Part shown: positions 33,880 to 43,402 of the stretch, piece by piece
How positions within the stretch are numbered: the first letter of the stretch is position 1
How the letters are laid out: every line of letters starts with the position of its first letter
Source of the DNA: Burkholderiales bacterium
Lineage (GTDB): Bacteria; Pseudomonadota; Gammaproteobacteria; Burkholderiales; Ga0077523
Direction: 5' to 3'
DNA: 52,877 nt
Assembly (NCBI GenBank): GCA_036771335.1
Contig: DAIPHN010000001.1
Span: 1 to 52,877, forward strand
Notes under the pieces: model-generated
Seen by the model: the letters and a program-made list of their open reading frames with translations, nothing else
Database searches by the model: none
What the model was told of the DNA's origin: nothing
Program-made: the position numbers and the translations under genes

Positions 33880-34701
33880 ATGACCAACGAGATACGCCGC
33901 CGCTTACTGCTCGGCGGAACATCCCTGTTCGCGGTCGCGGCCACAAGCCACGCCATGCGCGCACGGGCCGATTCCCAGGATAAAGGAGCCCTACCCATGA
34001 AGGACGTGAAGGCGCTGATCTACGACGTGTTCGGCACCATGGTGGACTGGCGCACGGGTGTGGCCCGCGAGTCGAGGGACATCCTCGGCCCGCTGGGGTA
34101 TTCCCTGGACTGGATCGCCTTCGCCGACGCGTGGCGCGCCGAGTATCAGCCTGCCATGGAGGAAGTGCGCGCCGGGCGAATCCCCTTTTCCAAGCTCGAT
34201 GTCATCCACCGCCACATGCTCGAGCGCATCCGCCCGCGCTTCGGCCTGGAAAAGCTGTCCGAGCCCGTGCTGCAGAATCTCAACCTGGCGTGGCACCGCC
34301 TGGACGCCTGGCCCGACGTGCCGGCCTCGCAGATGCGCCTGCGCAAGCGCTTCCTGCTGGCGCCGTGCTCCAACGGCAACATCGCCCTCATGGTCGATCT
34401 CGCACGCCGCAACGGCTTTCACTGGGACGCCATCCTCGGCGCCGAGATCGCCCGCGACTACAAGCCCAAGCCCATTGTCTATCTTGCCTCCGCCGAGGCC
34501 TTCAACCTGAAGCCCGAGGAGACCATGATGGTGGCCGCGCACAGCGGCGACCTGCAGGCCGCACGGGCCGTGGGGCTGCGCACGGCCTTCGTGGCGCAAC
34601 CGGATGAGTTCGGGCTCAACACCGGCGAAACCAAGCCCGCCGGTGCAGTGGACCTCGCCGTGCCGTCCTTCACCGCCCTGGCCGACGCGCTGGGCTGCTA
34701 G
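33880..34701 (+). CDS. Haloacid dehalogenase type II (HAD superfamily) with a Tat-like N-terminal extension
   Basis: The HAD motif I is IYDVFGTMVDW. The N-terminal extension is EIRRRLLLGGTSLFAVAATSHA. A second SD-preceded ATG at 33997 would give a leaderless form. Confidence 0.8.
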   Translation: MTNEIRRRLLLGGTSLFAVAATSHAMRARADSQDKGALPMKDVKALIYDVFGTMVDWRTGVARESRDILGPLGYSLDWIAFADAWRAEYQPAMEEVRAGRIPFSKLDVIHRHMLERIRPRFGLEKLSEPVLQNLNLAWHRLDAWPDVPASQMRLRKRFLLAPCSNGNIALMVDLARRNGFHWDAILGAEIARDYKPKPIVYLASAEAFNLKPEETMMVAAHSGDLQAARAVGLRTAFVAQPDEFGLNTGETKPAGAVDLAVPSFTALADALGC

Positions 34702-34766
34702 CGGCAAGGGGGAGCGGCGTTCAACGCCACTCCCGGCGGTGCCTCGGCTCCGTGCGGCCCTTGCCT

Positions 34767-35876
34767 TTAGGGGCGGACGAGGAAGCGGCTGACCGCGTCC
34801 TCGTTCCACGCGATCCCCAGCCCCGGCCGGTCCGGGATGATCACTTGCCCGTTCTCCACGGCGAAGGGCGCTTCCAGGAAGGGGTGCGCCCAGTCGCGCC
34901 ATTCCAGCCAGTGGGCGGTCTCGGCCACCCGCAGCACGTGCGCGGAGGCCTCCGGGTAGAGGTGGCTCGACAGCGGGATGCCCGCCGCGCCGGCGAAGGC
35001 TGCGCAGCGCAGGAAGCCGGTTATGCCGCCGATGCGCATCATGTCGGGCATGTAGAGGTCGGCGGCGTTCTCCTGGACCGCGCGCAGGAAGGAGCGCGGC
35101 CCGTAGATGTTTTCGCCGATCTGGAGCGGCGTCTTCAATTCGCGCGCGAGCTGGGCACAGCCCGCGAAGTTGTCGAACACCACCGGTTCCTCGAACCACT
35201 GCAGGCCCTCGGAATCGAGTGCGTGCAGCCGCACCAGCGCCTCGCCCATGTCCAGCGCCTGGTTGAAGTCCACCATCAGGCGCACTTCGCTGCCCACCGC
35301 CGAGCGCACCGCGTCCAGCGCCGCCACGTCGGCGCTCAGCCGTTCGCGTCCCATGCGCATCTTGATGGCCGAGAAGCCACCCTGCGCCACGAGCGCCACG
35401 GCCTCGTCACGCAGTTGCTCCACGGGCAGAAGCCACAGCCCGTTGGTGTTGTAGGCGCGCAGCCCGCCAATGCTGCCGCCGAGGTATTCCGCCAGGGGCA
35501 GCCCGGCCACCTTGGCGACGGCGTCCCAGATGGCCATGTCCAGGCCCGATGCCGCCACCAGGCCTACGCCCTCGCGCCCCGACAGGTGCATGGCCTTGAT
35601 GGCGCCGGCGTACCAGTCCAGCGGCGCGAGCGGCCTGTCCTTCAGGGATGCGGCGATCGCCTCGATGGCCGGAAGGATGTAGGCCGCGGAGCCGGCCACG
35701 TAGGGCTCGAGGTAGCTTCGGCCCACCACTCCTTCATGGGTTTGCAGGTCGATGAGAATGAAGGGCCAATGGGTGTAGCGGCCCACCGTGGGGTTGGAGA
35801 CGATGGGACGGGTGAGCGGCACGGACAACAGCCGCAGCGTGATACTGCGCAGGGTAAGGCGGTGGGTATGGTTCAT
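34767..35876 (-). CDS. Mandelate racemase/muconate lactonizing enzyme family (enolase superfamily)
   Basis: The 369-aa protein has IKMRMG, VDFNQAL and FEEP motifs. Confidence 0.88.
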   Translation of the reverse strand: MNHTHRLTLRSITLRLLSVPLTRPIVSNPTVGRYTHWPFILIDLQTHEGVVGRSYLEPYVAGSAAYILPAIEAIAASLKDRPLAPLDWYAGAIKAMHLSGREGVGLVAASGLDMAIWDAVAKVAGLPLAEYLGGSIGGLRAYNTNGLWLLPVEQLRDEAVALVAQGGFSAIKMRMGRERLSADVAALDAVRSAVGSEVRLMVDFNQALDMGEALVRLHALDSEGLQWFEEPVVFDNFAGCAQLARELKTPLQIGENIYGPRSFLRAVQENAADLYMPDMMRIGGITGFLRCAAFAGAAGIPLSSHLYPEASAHVLRVAETAHWLEWRDWAHPFLEAPFAVENGQVIIPDRPGLGIAWNEDAVSRFLVRP

Positions 35877-35919
35877 GTTGTGGCGGGAAAGTCCAGGATC
35901 GAGAACCGCCAGGCCAGCG

Positions 35920-36477
35920 TTACTTCTTCGCCTCGTTGGGCTTGTACGAAAACTTCTGGCCCCCGAGCGAAGCCTCGTACATCAGCCCGCCCTTCTCGCG
36001 GATGAACACTGCGGTGCCGTCCTGGTCATAGGATGCCTTGGCAGCCGCGCCCAGGGTAATGGCCACAGCCGAGGCCTGGGCTGCGAACTCCAGCCGGTTC
36101 GCCTTGAAGCGCTCGAAGGCTTGCGCGTCGCGGAAGAACAGCACTTCGCTGTAGGCCTGCCCGCCCCACTGAAAGCCCACGGACAGCTGGGTCATGCTGG
36201 CGCGGCCGACGAACTGCCCCTTCTCGAACACCACGCCGCGGCCGTAGGCGCCGCCGATGCCCACCCCGCCCTTGCCCACGGTGGGAAACACCACGTAGGC
36301 GTGCGCCTCGGCGAAGAACGACTCGATGCCGGGATCGTCCTTCTTGAACGCGGCCATGGTGGCGGCCGCCGCGTCGAGATCCTTCTTGTCCTTCTTCGGA
36401 TCCCAGGCGGCCGCAGCAGGAAGGGCCACCAGGCCGGACAGGAGCACAACCAAGGACCTGCGCCGTGTATCGATCAT
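35920..36477 (-). CDS. SYLF (DUF500/Ysc84-like) lipid-binding domain protein, secreted
   Basis: GKGGVGIGGAYGRGVVF...SVGFQWGGQAYSEVLFF...GGLMYEASLGGQKF. Confidence 0.85.
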   Translation of the reverse strand: MIDTRRRSLVVLLSGLVALPAAAAWDPKKDKKDLDAAAATMAAFKKDDPGIESFFAEAHAYVVFPTVGKGGVGIGGAYGRGVVFEKGQFVGRASMTQLSVGFQWGGQAYSEVLFFRDAQAFERFKANRLEFAAQASAVAITLGAAAKASYDQDGTAVFIREKGGLMYEASLGGQKFSYKPNEAKK

Positions 36478-36681
36478 TTGAGTGGTTCTCCGTGTGTCGT
36501 GTTGAATGGGGTTGCTGGCCTTCGCGGCCATCGGCCGTGATCATATACCGGGTGGCCGGCCCAACGGACCCGGGAGCGCGGCGGGTACGGAGCATCGAGC
36601 ACGCCGGGCGAATCCCCTGTGCCTCGCATGGGTGCCGAGGCCCCGCCGTGCGGGCGGGCAACCGCGGCAGGCTGATGCGCT

Positions 36682-37944
36682 TCAATCGCCCCCGGGCTCC
36701 GCCGCTTCTTCGGGGTCGTTCCACAGGATGTGCGCCTCCACCAGCAGGCGGCGGCGGGATTCCTCCGCCTCCAACCGGGCAAGCGCGGCCTGTAGTGCCG
36801 ATTCCACCGCCGCGCGCCGCGCGATCATCACGTCGGACAGGGCGGCTTCCTTGAGTTGCCAGGAGCGCGTCACCAAGTCGGCGTGGCGTTGCATGCCCGT
36901 AGCGGCGGTGCTGGCGCGCTGCCAGGCGGCGTAGGCGCCGCGCGCCTGGCCCTCCATCATGGCCACTTCGGCGCCCACCCGTTGCAGCACGGCGGCTTCC
37001 TGGCTGGTGGCGGAATCGGCGCGCGCCGCCTCCACGGCCGCAAAGGCGCGCCGCGCCTCTCCGGGGATGGGAACGATGAAGTACACGCCGGCGATGCGGT
37101 CGGCACTGCTGCGGTCCCGGGACAGCCGCGCGCCCACGGCGGGATCGGGGGCCTGGTCGGCGGTGGCGCGCTCGGCGAGCAACCGCGCCCGGCGGCTGAA
37201 GGCGCGCGCCACGCGCACTTCGTCGTTGTGGGCGCGTACCCGCTCGATGTACCAGTCAAGGCCGTGTTCGAGGGGGCGCGGTTCGCCGGGCATGGCGGCC
37301 GCGCCGGCCTCGATGCCGTGATAGGTTCGCTCCAGGTCTGCGCGGGCGCCTGCCTCGCGCCCGCGCAGGCCTGCCACCACCGCCTCGGCCTGGGCCAGCG
37401 CCGCCTCGGCGAGTATCACGTCGATGCGCGGCGCGTCGCCGACCCGGGCGCGCTTGGCCACCACCTCCTGCTGCTGGCGCAGGAAGCCCGTCTGCTTCTC
37501 CCACAGCTCCAGCTGCTGGCGCTCGCGCATCCAGCCGAACCAGAGCTTGAGCAGCAGTCGCGCCGCGTCGCACCAGGCGCTGTAGGCGGCACGGCGGGCG
37601 AATTCCACGCCCTGGGCGCCCAGGGCTGTGTCGATGCGCGCCTTGCCCGGCAGGCGCAGGCCCCGCTCCACGCCCAGGTCCCATTCGGGGAAACGGCCGT
37701 CGGGGATGTTGTGGGCCTGATAGCCACCACGCACCGAGAATTCGTAGGGGCCGGCCTCCAGGCGCCGGGCGTTGGCCTGCTCAGCGCGCACCACGTCGCG
37801 GGCCACCTTCACGGGCGGATAGGCCGACAGAGCCCGCTCTACCGCGGCCAGCGGTGGCAGCCCGGCAAGATCGTAGGCGGCGGTGGACTGGCCTGCCGTG
37901 GCGCCCGCGGCCAGCACCAGCGCCACGCCGCCCAGCGCGGCCAT
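36682..37944 (-). CDS. TolC/CzcC-like outer-membrane efflux protein
   Basis: It starts 11 nt after the RND pump gene. The internal Met gives MAALGGVALVLAAGATA. The coiled-coil-rich OMF pattern is present. Confidence 0.8.
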   Translation of the reverse strand: MAALGGVALVLAAGATAGQSTAAYDLAGLPPLAAVERALSAYPPVKVARDVVRAEQANARRLEAGPYEFSVRGGYQAHNIPDGRFPEWDLGVERGLRLPGKARIDTALGAQGVEFARRAAYSAWCDAARLLLKLWFGWMRERQQLELWEKQTGFLRQQQEVVAKRARVGDAPRIDVILAEAALAQAEAVVAGLRGREAGARADLERTYHGIEAGAAAMPGEPRPLEHGLDWYIERVRAHNDEVRVARAFSRRARLLAERATADQAPDPAVGARLSRDRSSADRIAGVYFIVPIPGEARRAFAAVEAARADSATSQEAAVLQRVGAEVAMMEGQARGAYAAWQRASTAATGMQRHADLVTRSWQLKEAALSDVMIARRAAVESALQAALARLEAEESRRRLLVEAHILWNDPEEAAEPGGD

Positions 37945-37955
37945 GGGGCCAGGCC

Positions 37956-40900
37956 TCACGGCGCCACGCCCTTCAGCGGGTCGCCGCCGCCAGCCGGCAG
38001 GTCGCCAAAGCGCTGGTAGAGCAGCGGCAGGATCAGCAGCGTGAGGGCGGTGGAGGTGACCAGCCCGCCGATCACCACGATCGCCAGCGGGCGCTGTATT
38101 TCCGACCCCGGCCCGGTGGCGGCCAGCAGCGGCGCCAGGCCCAGGGCGGCGATGGAGGCGGTCATGAGCACCGGGCGCAGGCGGCGCCGGGCGCCTTCGC
38201 GTACCACCCGGTCCACGGGCATGCCCGTGGTGCGCAACTGGTTGAAGGTGCTCATGAGCACCACGCCGTTGAGCACGGCGATGCCCAGCAGCGCGATGAA
38301 GCCCACCGAGGCGGGCACCGACAGATACTCTCCGGAGCCCCACAGGGCCACGATGCCGCCCACCATGGCGAAGGGGATGTTGGCGAACACCAACAGCGCC
38401 TGGCGCAGCGAGCCGAAGGTGGCGAACAGCAGCATGAAGATCAGCGCCAGGGCGATGGGAATCACCACCGCCAGGCGCGCCGCGGCGCGCAGCACGTTAT
38501 AGAACATCCCGCCCCAGGAGATGCTGTAACCCACACGCAGCTTAACCTTCGCCGCCACCGCGGCCCTGGCGTCGTCCACGAAGCCCACCAGGTCGCGGCC
38601 CAGAACGCTGGACTGCACCACGGCGTAGCGCAGGGCGTTTTCGCGGTCCACCTTCACCGGGCCGTCCACCCGCGCGAGGCTCGCTACCGCGGCCAGCGGC
38701 ACGCTCTTGCCGTCGGGCATGACCACGTTCTGGTTCTGGAACAGCGACGCCGATTCGCGCAACTCGGCGCGGCCGCGCAGGATCAGCGGCGTGCGCCGCC
38801 CGGCCTCGATCACCGTGCCCACGCGCCGCCCCTCGATCTGGGTGCGCAGGTCGGCTTCGATCTCGTCCACGGTGAGCTTCTGGTGGCCCGTGGCGAAGCG
38901 ATTGATCTCGGCGCGCAGATACTGCATGCCCTCGTTGGTGAGGGTGAACACGTCGCGGTTGCCAGGCACGGCCTTGAGCACCCCCTCGATGTCGCGGGCC
39001 AGGCGGTTGAGCACGGCCAGATCGGGGCCGAAGATCTTCACCGCCAGATCGCCACGCACGCCGGTGAGCATTTCCGCTACGCGCATCTCGATGGGCTGGG
39101 TGAAGGTTACGTTCACCCCGGGAAAGCCGGTCACCACCTGGCGCAGGGATTCCACGATGGCCTGCTTGTCCGGCGAGCGCCATTGTTCACGTGGCTTGAG
39201 CACCAGGAAGGTGTCGGTCTGGTTGAGGCCCATGGGGTCGAGCCCCAGCTCGTCGGCGCCGGTGCGCGCCACCACGCCGGAGACCTCGGGCACCTTTTCC
39301 AGCACGGCCCTTTGCAGGCGCAGGTCCAGATCGAGGCTCGAATCGAGCGAGATGGAAGGCAGCTTCTCCAGCTGCATGATGATGTCGCCCTCGTCCATCA
39401 CCGGCATGAAGGTCTTGCCGGTGGCCAGGTAAGCGCCGGTGGCCGCCGCCAGCATGGCAGCCGCCACCGCTGCCACCAGCCTCGGGTGCCCCAGCGCCGA
39501 CTCGAGCAGCGGCGCGTAGGCCGCCTGGGCCTTGCGCACCAGCCAGGGCTCGCGGTGCGCGCCCGCGCCCACCAGCGCCGAGGCCAACACGGGAATCACT
39601 GTCAGGGCCAGCACCAGCGAGGCGCTCAGGGCGAAGATGATGGACCAGGCCACCGGCTTGAACAGCTTGCCCTCCAGGCCCTCCAGGGTGAGCAGCGGTA
39701 GGAACACGATGACGATGATGGCGATGCCCGAGGCCACCGGCACGGCCACCTCGCGTACCGCCTCGTACACCACGCGCAGCTTCGGGCCGCGCCCCGCATC
39801 ATGGGCCAAGTGGCTCACCACGTTCTCCACCACCACTACCGAGGCGTCCACCAGCATGCCGATGGCGATGGCCAGGCCGCCCAGGCTCATGAGGTTGGCG
39901 CTCATGCCGGCGTGTTCCATGAGGAAAAAGGTGGCCAGGGCCGCGAGCGGCAGGGTGGCGGCCACCACCACCGCGGCGCGCAGGTCGCCCAGCATGAGCA
40001 GCAGCATGACCACCACCAGCACGATGGCCTCGATGAGCGCTCGCGACACGGTGCCCACGGCGCGATCCACCAGCGCGCCGCGGTCGTAGAACACCTCGGT
40101 GCGCACCCCGGGCGGCAGCAGCGGCGCGATTTCCGCGAGCCGCGTGCGCACGCCCTCCACCACCGCGCGGGCGTTGGCACCGCGCAAACCCAGCACCAGG
40201 CCCTGCACCGCTTCGCCGCGCCCGTTGCGGGTGACCGCGCCGTAGCGGGTGAGGCTGCCCACGCGCACCTCCGCCACCTCCGCCACGCGCACCGGCACGG
40301 CATTGCGCTCGCCCACCACGATGGCGCGCACGTCCTCCAGGGCGCGGATGCTGCCCTCGGCGCGCACCAGCAAAGCTTCCTCGCCGTCTTTCAGCCGCCC
40401 GGCGCCGTCGTTGCGGTTGTTGGCCGCCAGGGCGGCTTCCAGGGCCGACAGGGTGATGCCGCGCGCGGCCAGGGCGGCGCTGTCGGGCACCACCTCGAAG
40501 GCTCGCACATGACCGCCCAGGGGGTTGACGGCGGCCACGCCCGGCACGGTGCGCAGCCGCGGCCGGATGGTCCAGTCGAGCAGCGTGCGGCGCTGCGCGA
40601 GAGACAACTCACCGCCTTCGATGGTGAACATGAACATCTCGCCCAGCGGCGTTGTGATGGGCGCCATGCCGCCGCTCACCCCGGCGGGCAGGTCCGGCAG
40701 GACGTTGGACAGGCGCTCGTTCACCTGCTGGCGCGCCCAGTAGATGTCGGTGCCTTCCTGGAAGTCGATGGTGACGTCGGCGATGGCCACCTTGGACACG
40801 GAGCGCAACAGGCGCTGGCGGGGAATGCCCAGCATCTCCAGTTCCACCGGCTGCACGATGCGCGACTCCACCTCCTCGGGGGTCATGCCCGGCGCCTTGA

Positions 40901-41051
40901 GGATGATCTTCACCTGGGTGGACGAGACGTCGGGAAAGGCGTCGATGGGCAGATCCAGCAGGGCCTGCACGCCCAGGGCCGCCATCACCAGCGTGAGCGC
41001 TGCCACCAGCAGGCGCTGGCGCAGACACAAGGCCACCAGGCGGTTCAGCAT
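37956..41051 (-). CDS. Heavy-metal-type RND efflux pump (CusA/CzcA family)
   Basis: The 1031-aa protein has LPIDAFPDVSSTQVKII at its N-terminus, typical of the HME-RND family. Confidence 0.93.
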   Translation of the reverse strand: MLNRLVALCLRQRLLVAALTLVMAALGVQALLDLPIDAFPDVSSTQVKIILKAPGMTPEEVESRIVQPVELEMLGIPRQRLLRSVSKVAIADVTIDFQEGTDIYWARQQVNERLSNVLPDLPAGVSGGMAPITTPLGEMFMFTIEGGELSLAQRRTLLDWTIRPRLRTVPGVAAVNPLGGHVRAFEVVPDSAALAARGITLSALEAALAANNRNDGAGRLKDGEEALLVRAEGSIRALEDVRAIVVGERNAVPVRVAEVAEVRVGSLTRYGAVTRNGRGEAVQGLVLGLRGANARAVVEGVRTRLAEIAPLLPPGVRTEVFYDRGALVDRAVGTVSRALIEAIVLVVVMLLLMLGDLRAAVVVAATLPLAALATFFLMEHAGMSANLMSLGGLAIAIGMLVDASVVVVENVVSHLAHDAGRGPKLRVVYEAVREVAVPVASGIAIIVIVFLPLLTLEGLEGKLFKPVAWSIIFALSASLVLALTVIPVLASALVGAGAHREPWLVRKAQAAYAPLLESALGHPRLVAAVAAAMLAAATGAYLATGKTFMPVMDEGDIIMQLEKLPSISLDSSLDLDLRLQRAVLEKVPEVSGVVARTGADELGLDPMGLNQTDTFLVLKPREQWRSPDKQAIVESLRQVVTGFPGVNVTFTQPIEMRVAEMLTGVRGDLAVKIFGPDLAVLNRLARDIEGVLKAVPGNRDVFTLTNEGMQYLRAEINRFATGHQKLTVDEIEADLRTQIEGRRVGTVIEAGRRTPLILRGRAELRESASLFQNQNVVMPDGKSVPLAAVASLARVDGPVKVDRENALRYAVVQSSVLGRDLVGFVDDARAAVAAKVKLRVGYSISWGGMFYNVLRAAARLAVVIPIALALIFMLLFATFGSLRQALLVFANIPFAMVGGIVALWGSGEYLSVPASVGFIALLGIAVLNGVVLMSTFNQLRTTGMPVDRVVREGARRRLRPVLMTASIAALGLAPLLAATGPGSEIQRPLAIVVIGGLVTSTALTLLILPLLYQRFGDLPAGGGDPLKGVAP

Positions 41052-41064
41052 GGCCGCGCGGCCC

Positions 41065-42228
41065 TCAGCCGCCGATGCCCAGCAGCCGTGCCTTGAGGGC
41101 GGCCACGCCCGCCACGGCGATGGCGTCGCTGGCCTGCAGGGCGCCGGCCACCAGGCTGGACTGGGGGCCTTCCTGCACCAGCGTCACCGCCACGGCGCGG
41201 AAACCTTCAGGGGTGCGGGCGAACACCAGCAGCCGGCTCTGGTGGCGCACCAGCGCCGCGTTGGGCACTCGCCACTGATTGCCATCGCCTGCGGCGCTTG
41301 CCACCGCCGCCTCCACGTACTGCCCGGGGCGCAGCCGGCTGGCGTTGCGCACGATCAGGGCCCGCAGCATCAGCGTCTGGCTCTCCGGCGTGACCGCCTT
41401 GCCCACCGAGATGATCCGTCCGACGGCATCCACCGCGGGCACGCGCACCGCGGCGCCCTCCCGGATGCCCCCGGCGCGCGCCAGAGGCGCCTGGATCTCG
41501 AGCCAGAGCGGATCGAGCTGGGCGATCTTGTAGATGGGCGTGTAGGCCTCCAGGCGCTGCCCGGCCTGAGCCAACTGTTCCACCACCGCACCGCTGGCGG
41601 GCGCCAGGATGGCCACGCTTGAACTGATGGCGGTGCCCGACTGCAGATGGATGACGTCGGCCTCGGACATGCCCGCCAGGCGCAGCACATGACGCCGCTC
41701 GGCCAGCAACGCCGAGGCCTCCACGTGGCTCGCCCGCGTGGACAGCAGCCGGCTCTCGGCGATCAGGCCCTCGGCGGCGAGTTTCTGGTCGCGGTCGAGG
41801 TTGGCGGCGGCCAGCTGCAACTGGGGCTGGTCCTGCAGGTAGCCGCGCTGGGCCTCGGCCAGGGCCGAGCTTTGCATGCGCGCCAGCAGTTGCCCCTTGC
41901 GCACCCGCTCGTTCACGGCCACGTGGATGGATTCCACCAGTCCGGGCAGCGGCGTGCTCACCACGTGCAGCTGGTTGTTGGGCACCATCACTTCGGCCGC
42001 CAGGCCTACCACCTCGCCGCCGGATTCGGCCGCCGGGGCCTGAACGGCAACGCCCAGGGCGCGGGCCTGCTCGGGTGTTAGGGCGACGTCCTGGGCGGGC
42101 GCGCAAGGCGCGAGGATCAGCGCGGCGCAGGCGGTCAGGGGCAGCAGCGCGGGGAGGATGGGGCCGGAGCGGCGCGCGCGCGGCGCGCCTGTCCGGGCGC
42201 TGCGGACGCCGGGGATCATGGCCGCCAT
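41065..42228 (-). CDS. RND periplasmic adaptor (membrane fusion protein)
   Basis: It has a signal/anchor and the HlyD-like lipoyl/beta-barrel pattern. It lies directly upstream of the RND pump gene. Confidence 0.85.
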   Translation of the reverse strand: MAAMIPGVRSARTGAPRARRSGPILPALLPLTACAALILAPCAPAQDVALTPEQARALGVAVQAPAAESGGEVVGLAAEVMVPNNQLHVVSTPLPGLVESIHVAVNERVRKGQLLARMQSSALAEAQRGYLQDQPQLQLAAANLDRDQKLAAEGLIAESRLLSTRASHVEASALLAERRHVLRLAGMSEADVIHLQSGTAISSSVAILAPASGAVVEQLAQAGQRLEAYTPIYKIAQLDPLWLEIQAPLARAGGIREGAAVRVPAVDAVGRIISVGKAVTPESQTLMLRALIVRNASRLRPGQYVEAAVASAAGDGNQWRVPNAALVRHQSRLLVFARTPEGFRAVAVTLVQEGPQSSLVAGALQASDAIAVAGVAALKARLLGIGG

Positions 42229-42296
42229 GGTACGGGGTGTGCGGGGCGGCGGCGATTGACGGCGATCAAGGCCGGTGGAGGGCTACACTGCCGCCC

Positions 42297-43391
42297 ATGG
42301 AGGCTGAGGGAGCGCAGCAGGGGGAATATTTGGTACCGGCGGATTTGCCGGAGCGCATCCGCGCCTGGGGCCGCGCGCTCGGCTTCGATGCCGTGGGCAT
42401 CACCGGCGTGGACCTGGCCGAGGCCGAGCCGGGGCTGCGCGCCTGGCTGGAGGCTGGCTTCCACGGCGCCATGGACTGGATGCAACGCCACGGCATGCGC
42501 CGCGCCCGCCCGGCCGAGCTGGTGCCGGGCACGGTGAGCGTGATTTCGGCGCGTATGAATTACCTCGATGCCGCGGCGGCCGGTGCCCCGGACGTGCTGG
42601 CGCAGCCGGAACTCGGCTACGTGTCGCGCTACGCCCTGGGGCGCGACTACCACAAGATCATGCGCCGGCGCCTGCAGCGCCTGGCCGAGCGTGTGGCCGA
42701 GGCGGTGGGGCCCTTCGGTTATCGCGTCTTCACCGACAGCGCCCCGGTGCTGGAGGTGGAGCTGGCCAGCCGCGCCGGCCTGGGCTGGCGCGGCAAGCAC
42801 ACGCTGCTGCTGGACCGGGACGCCGGCTCGTTCTTCTTCCTGGGCGAGATCTACACCGACCTGCCCCTGCCGCCCGATGCGCCGGTGAGCGCCCATTGCG
42901 GCAGTTGCACGCGGTGCATGGAGGTCTGCCCCACCGGCGCCATCGTGGCGCCCTACCGGCTGGATGCGCGCCGCTGCATCTCCTACCTCACCATAGAGCA
43001 CCCCGGCGACATTCCCGAGGCGCTGCGCCCGCGGCTGGGCAACCGGGTGTACGGCTGCGATGACTGCCAGCTTTTCTGCCCCTGGAACCGCTACGCCCGG
43101 CCGGCGGGGGTGGCCGATTTCCAGGTGCGCAACGGCCTGGACGCGGCCACCCTGGTGGATCTCTTCGGCTGGAGCGAGGCGCAGTTCACCGAGCGCCTCG
43201 CGGGCAGCGCCATCGTGCGCATCGGGCACGAGCGCTGGCTGCGCAACCTGGCGGTGGGGCTAGGCAATGCCCCGCCCAGCGAGCCCGCCCGGCGCGCGCT
43301 GCGGGCCCGCGCCGACCATCCCAGCGCCCTGGTGCGCCGCCATGTGGCCTGGGCCCTGGCGCGCCAGGCGCAGACCGCGGCGCCGGGCTGA
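42297..43391 (+). CDS. queG: tRNA epoxyqueuosine(34) reductase
   Basis: GFDAVGITGVDL, the 4Fe-4S motifs CGSCTRCMEVCPTGA and CDDCQLFCPWN, and C-terminal HEAT-like repeats are present. Confidence 0.9.
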   Translation: MEAEGAQQGEYLVPADLPERIRAWGRALGFDAVGITGVDLAEAEPGLRAWLEAGFHGAMDWMQRHGMRRARPAELVPGTVSVISARMNYLDAAAAGAPDVLAQPELGYVSRYALGRDYHKIMRRRLQRLAERVAEAVGPFGYRVFTDSAPVLEVELASRAGLGWRGKHTLLLDRDAGSFFFLGEIYTDLPLPPDAPVSAHCGSCTRCMEVCPTGAIVAPYRLDARRCISYLTIEHPGDIPEALRPRLGNRVYGCDDCQLFCPWNRYARPAGVADFQVRNGLDAATLVDLFGWSEAQFTERLAGSAIVRIGHERWLRNLAVGLGNAPPSEPARRALRARADHPSALVRRHVAWALARQAQTAAPG

Positions 43392-43402
43392 AGCCCGCGC
43401 CC

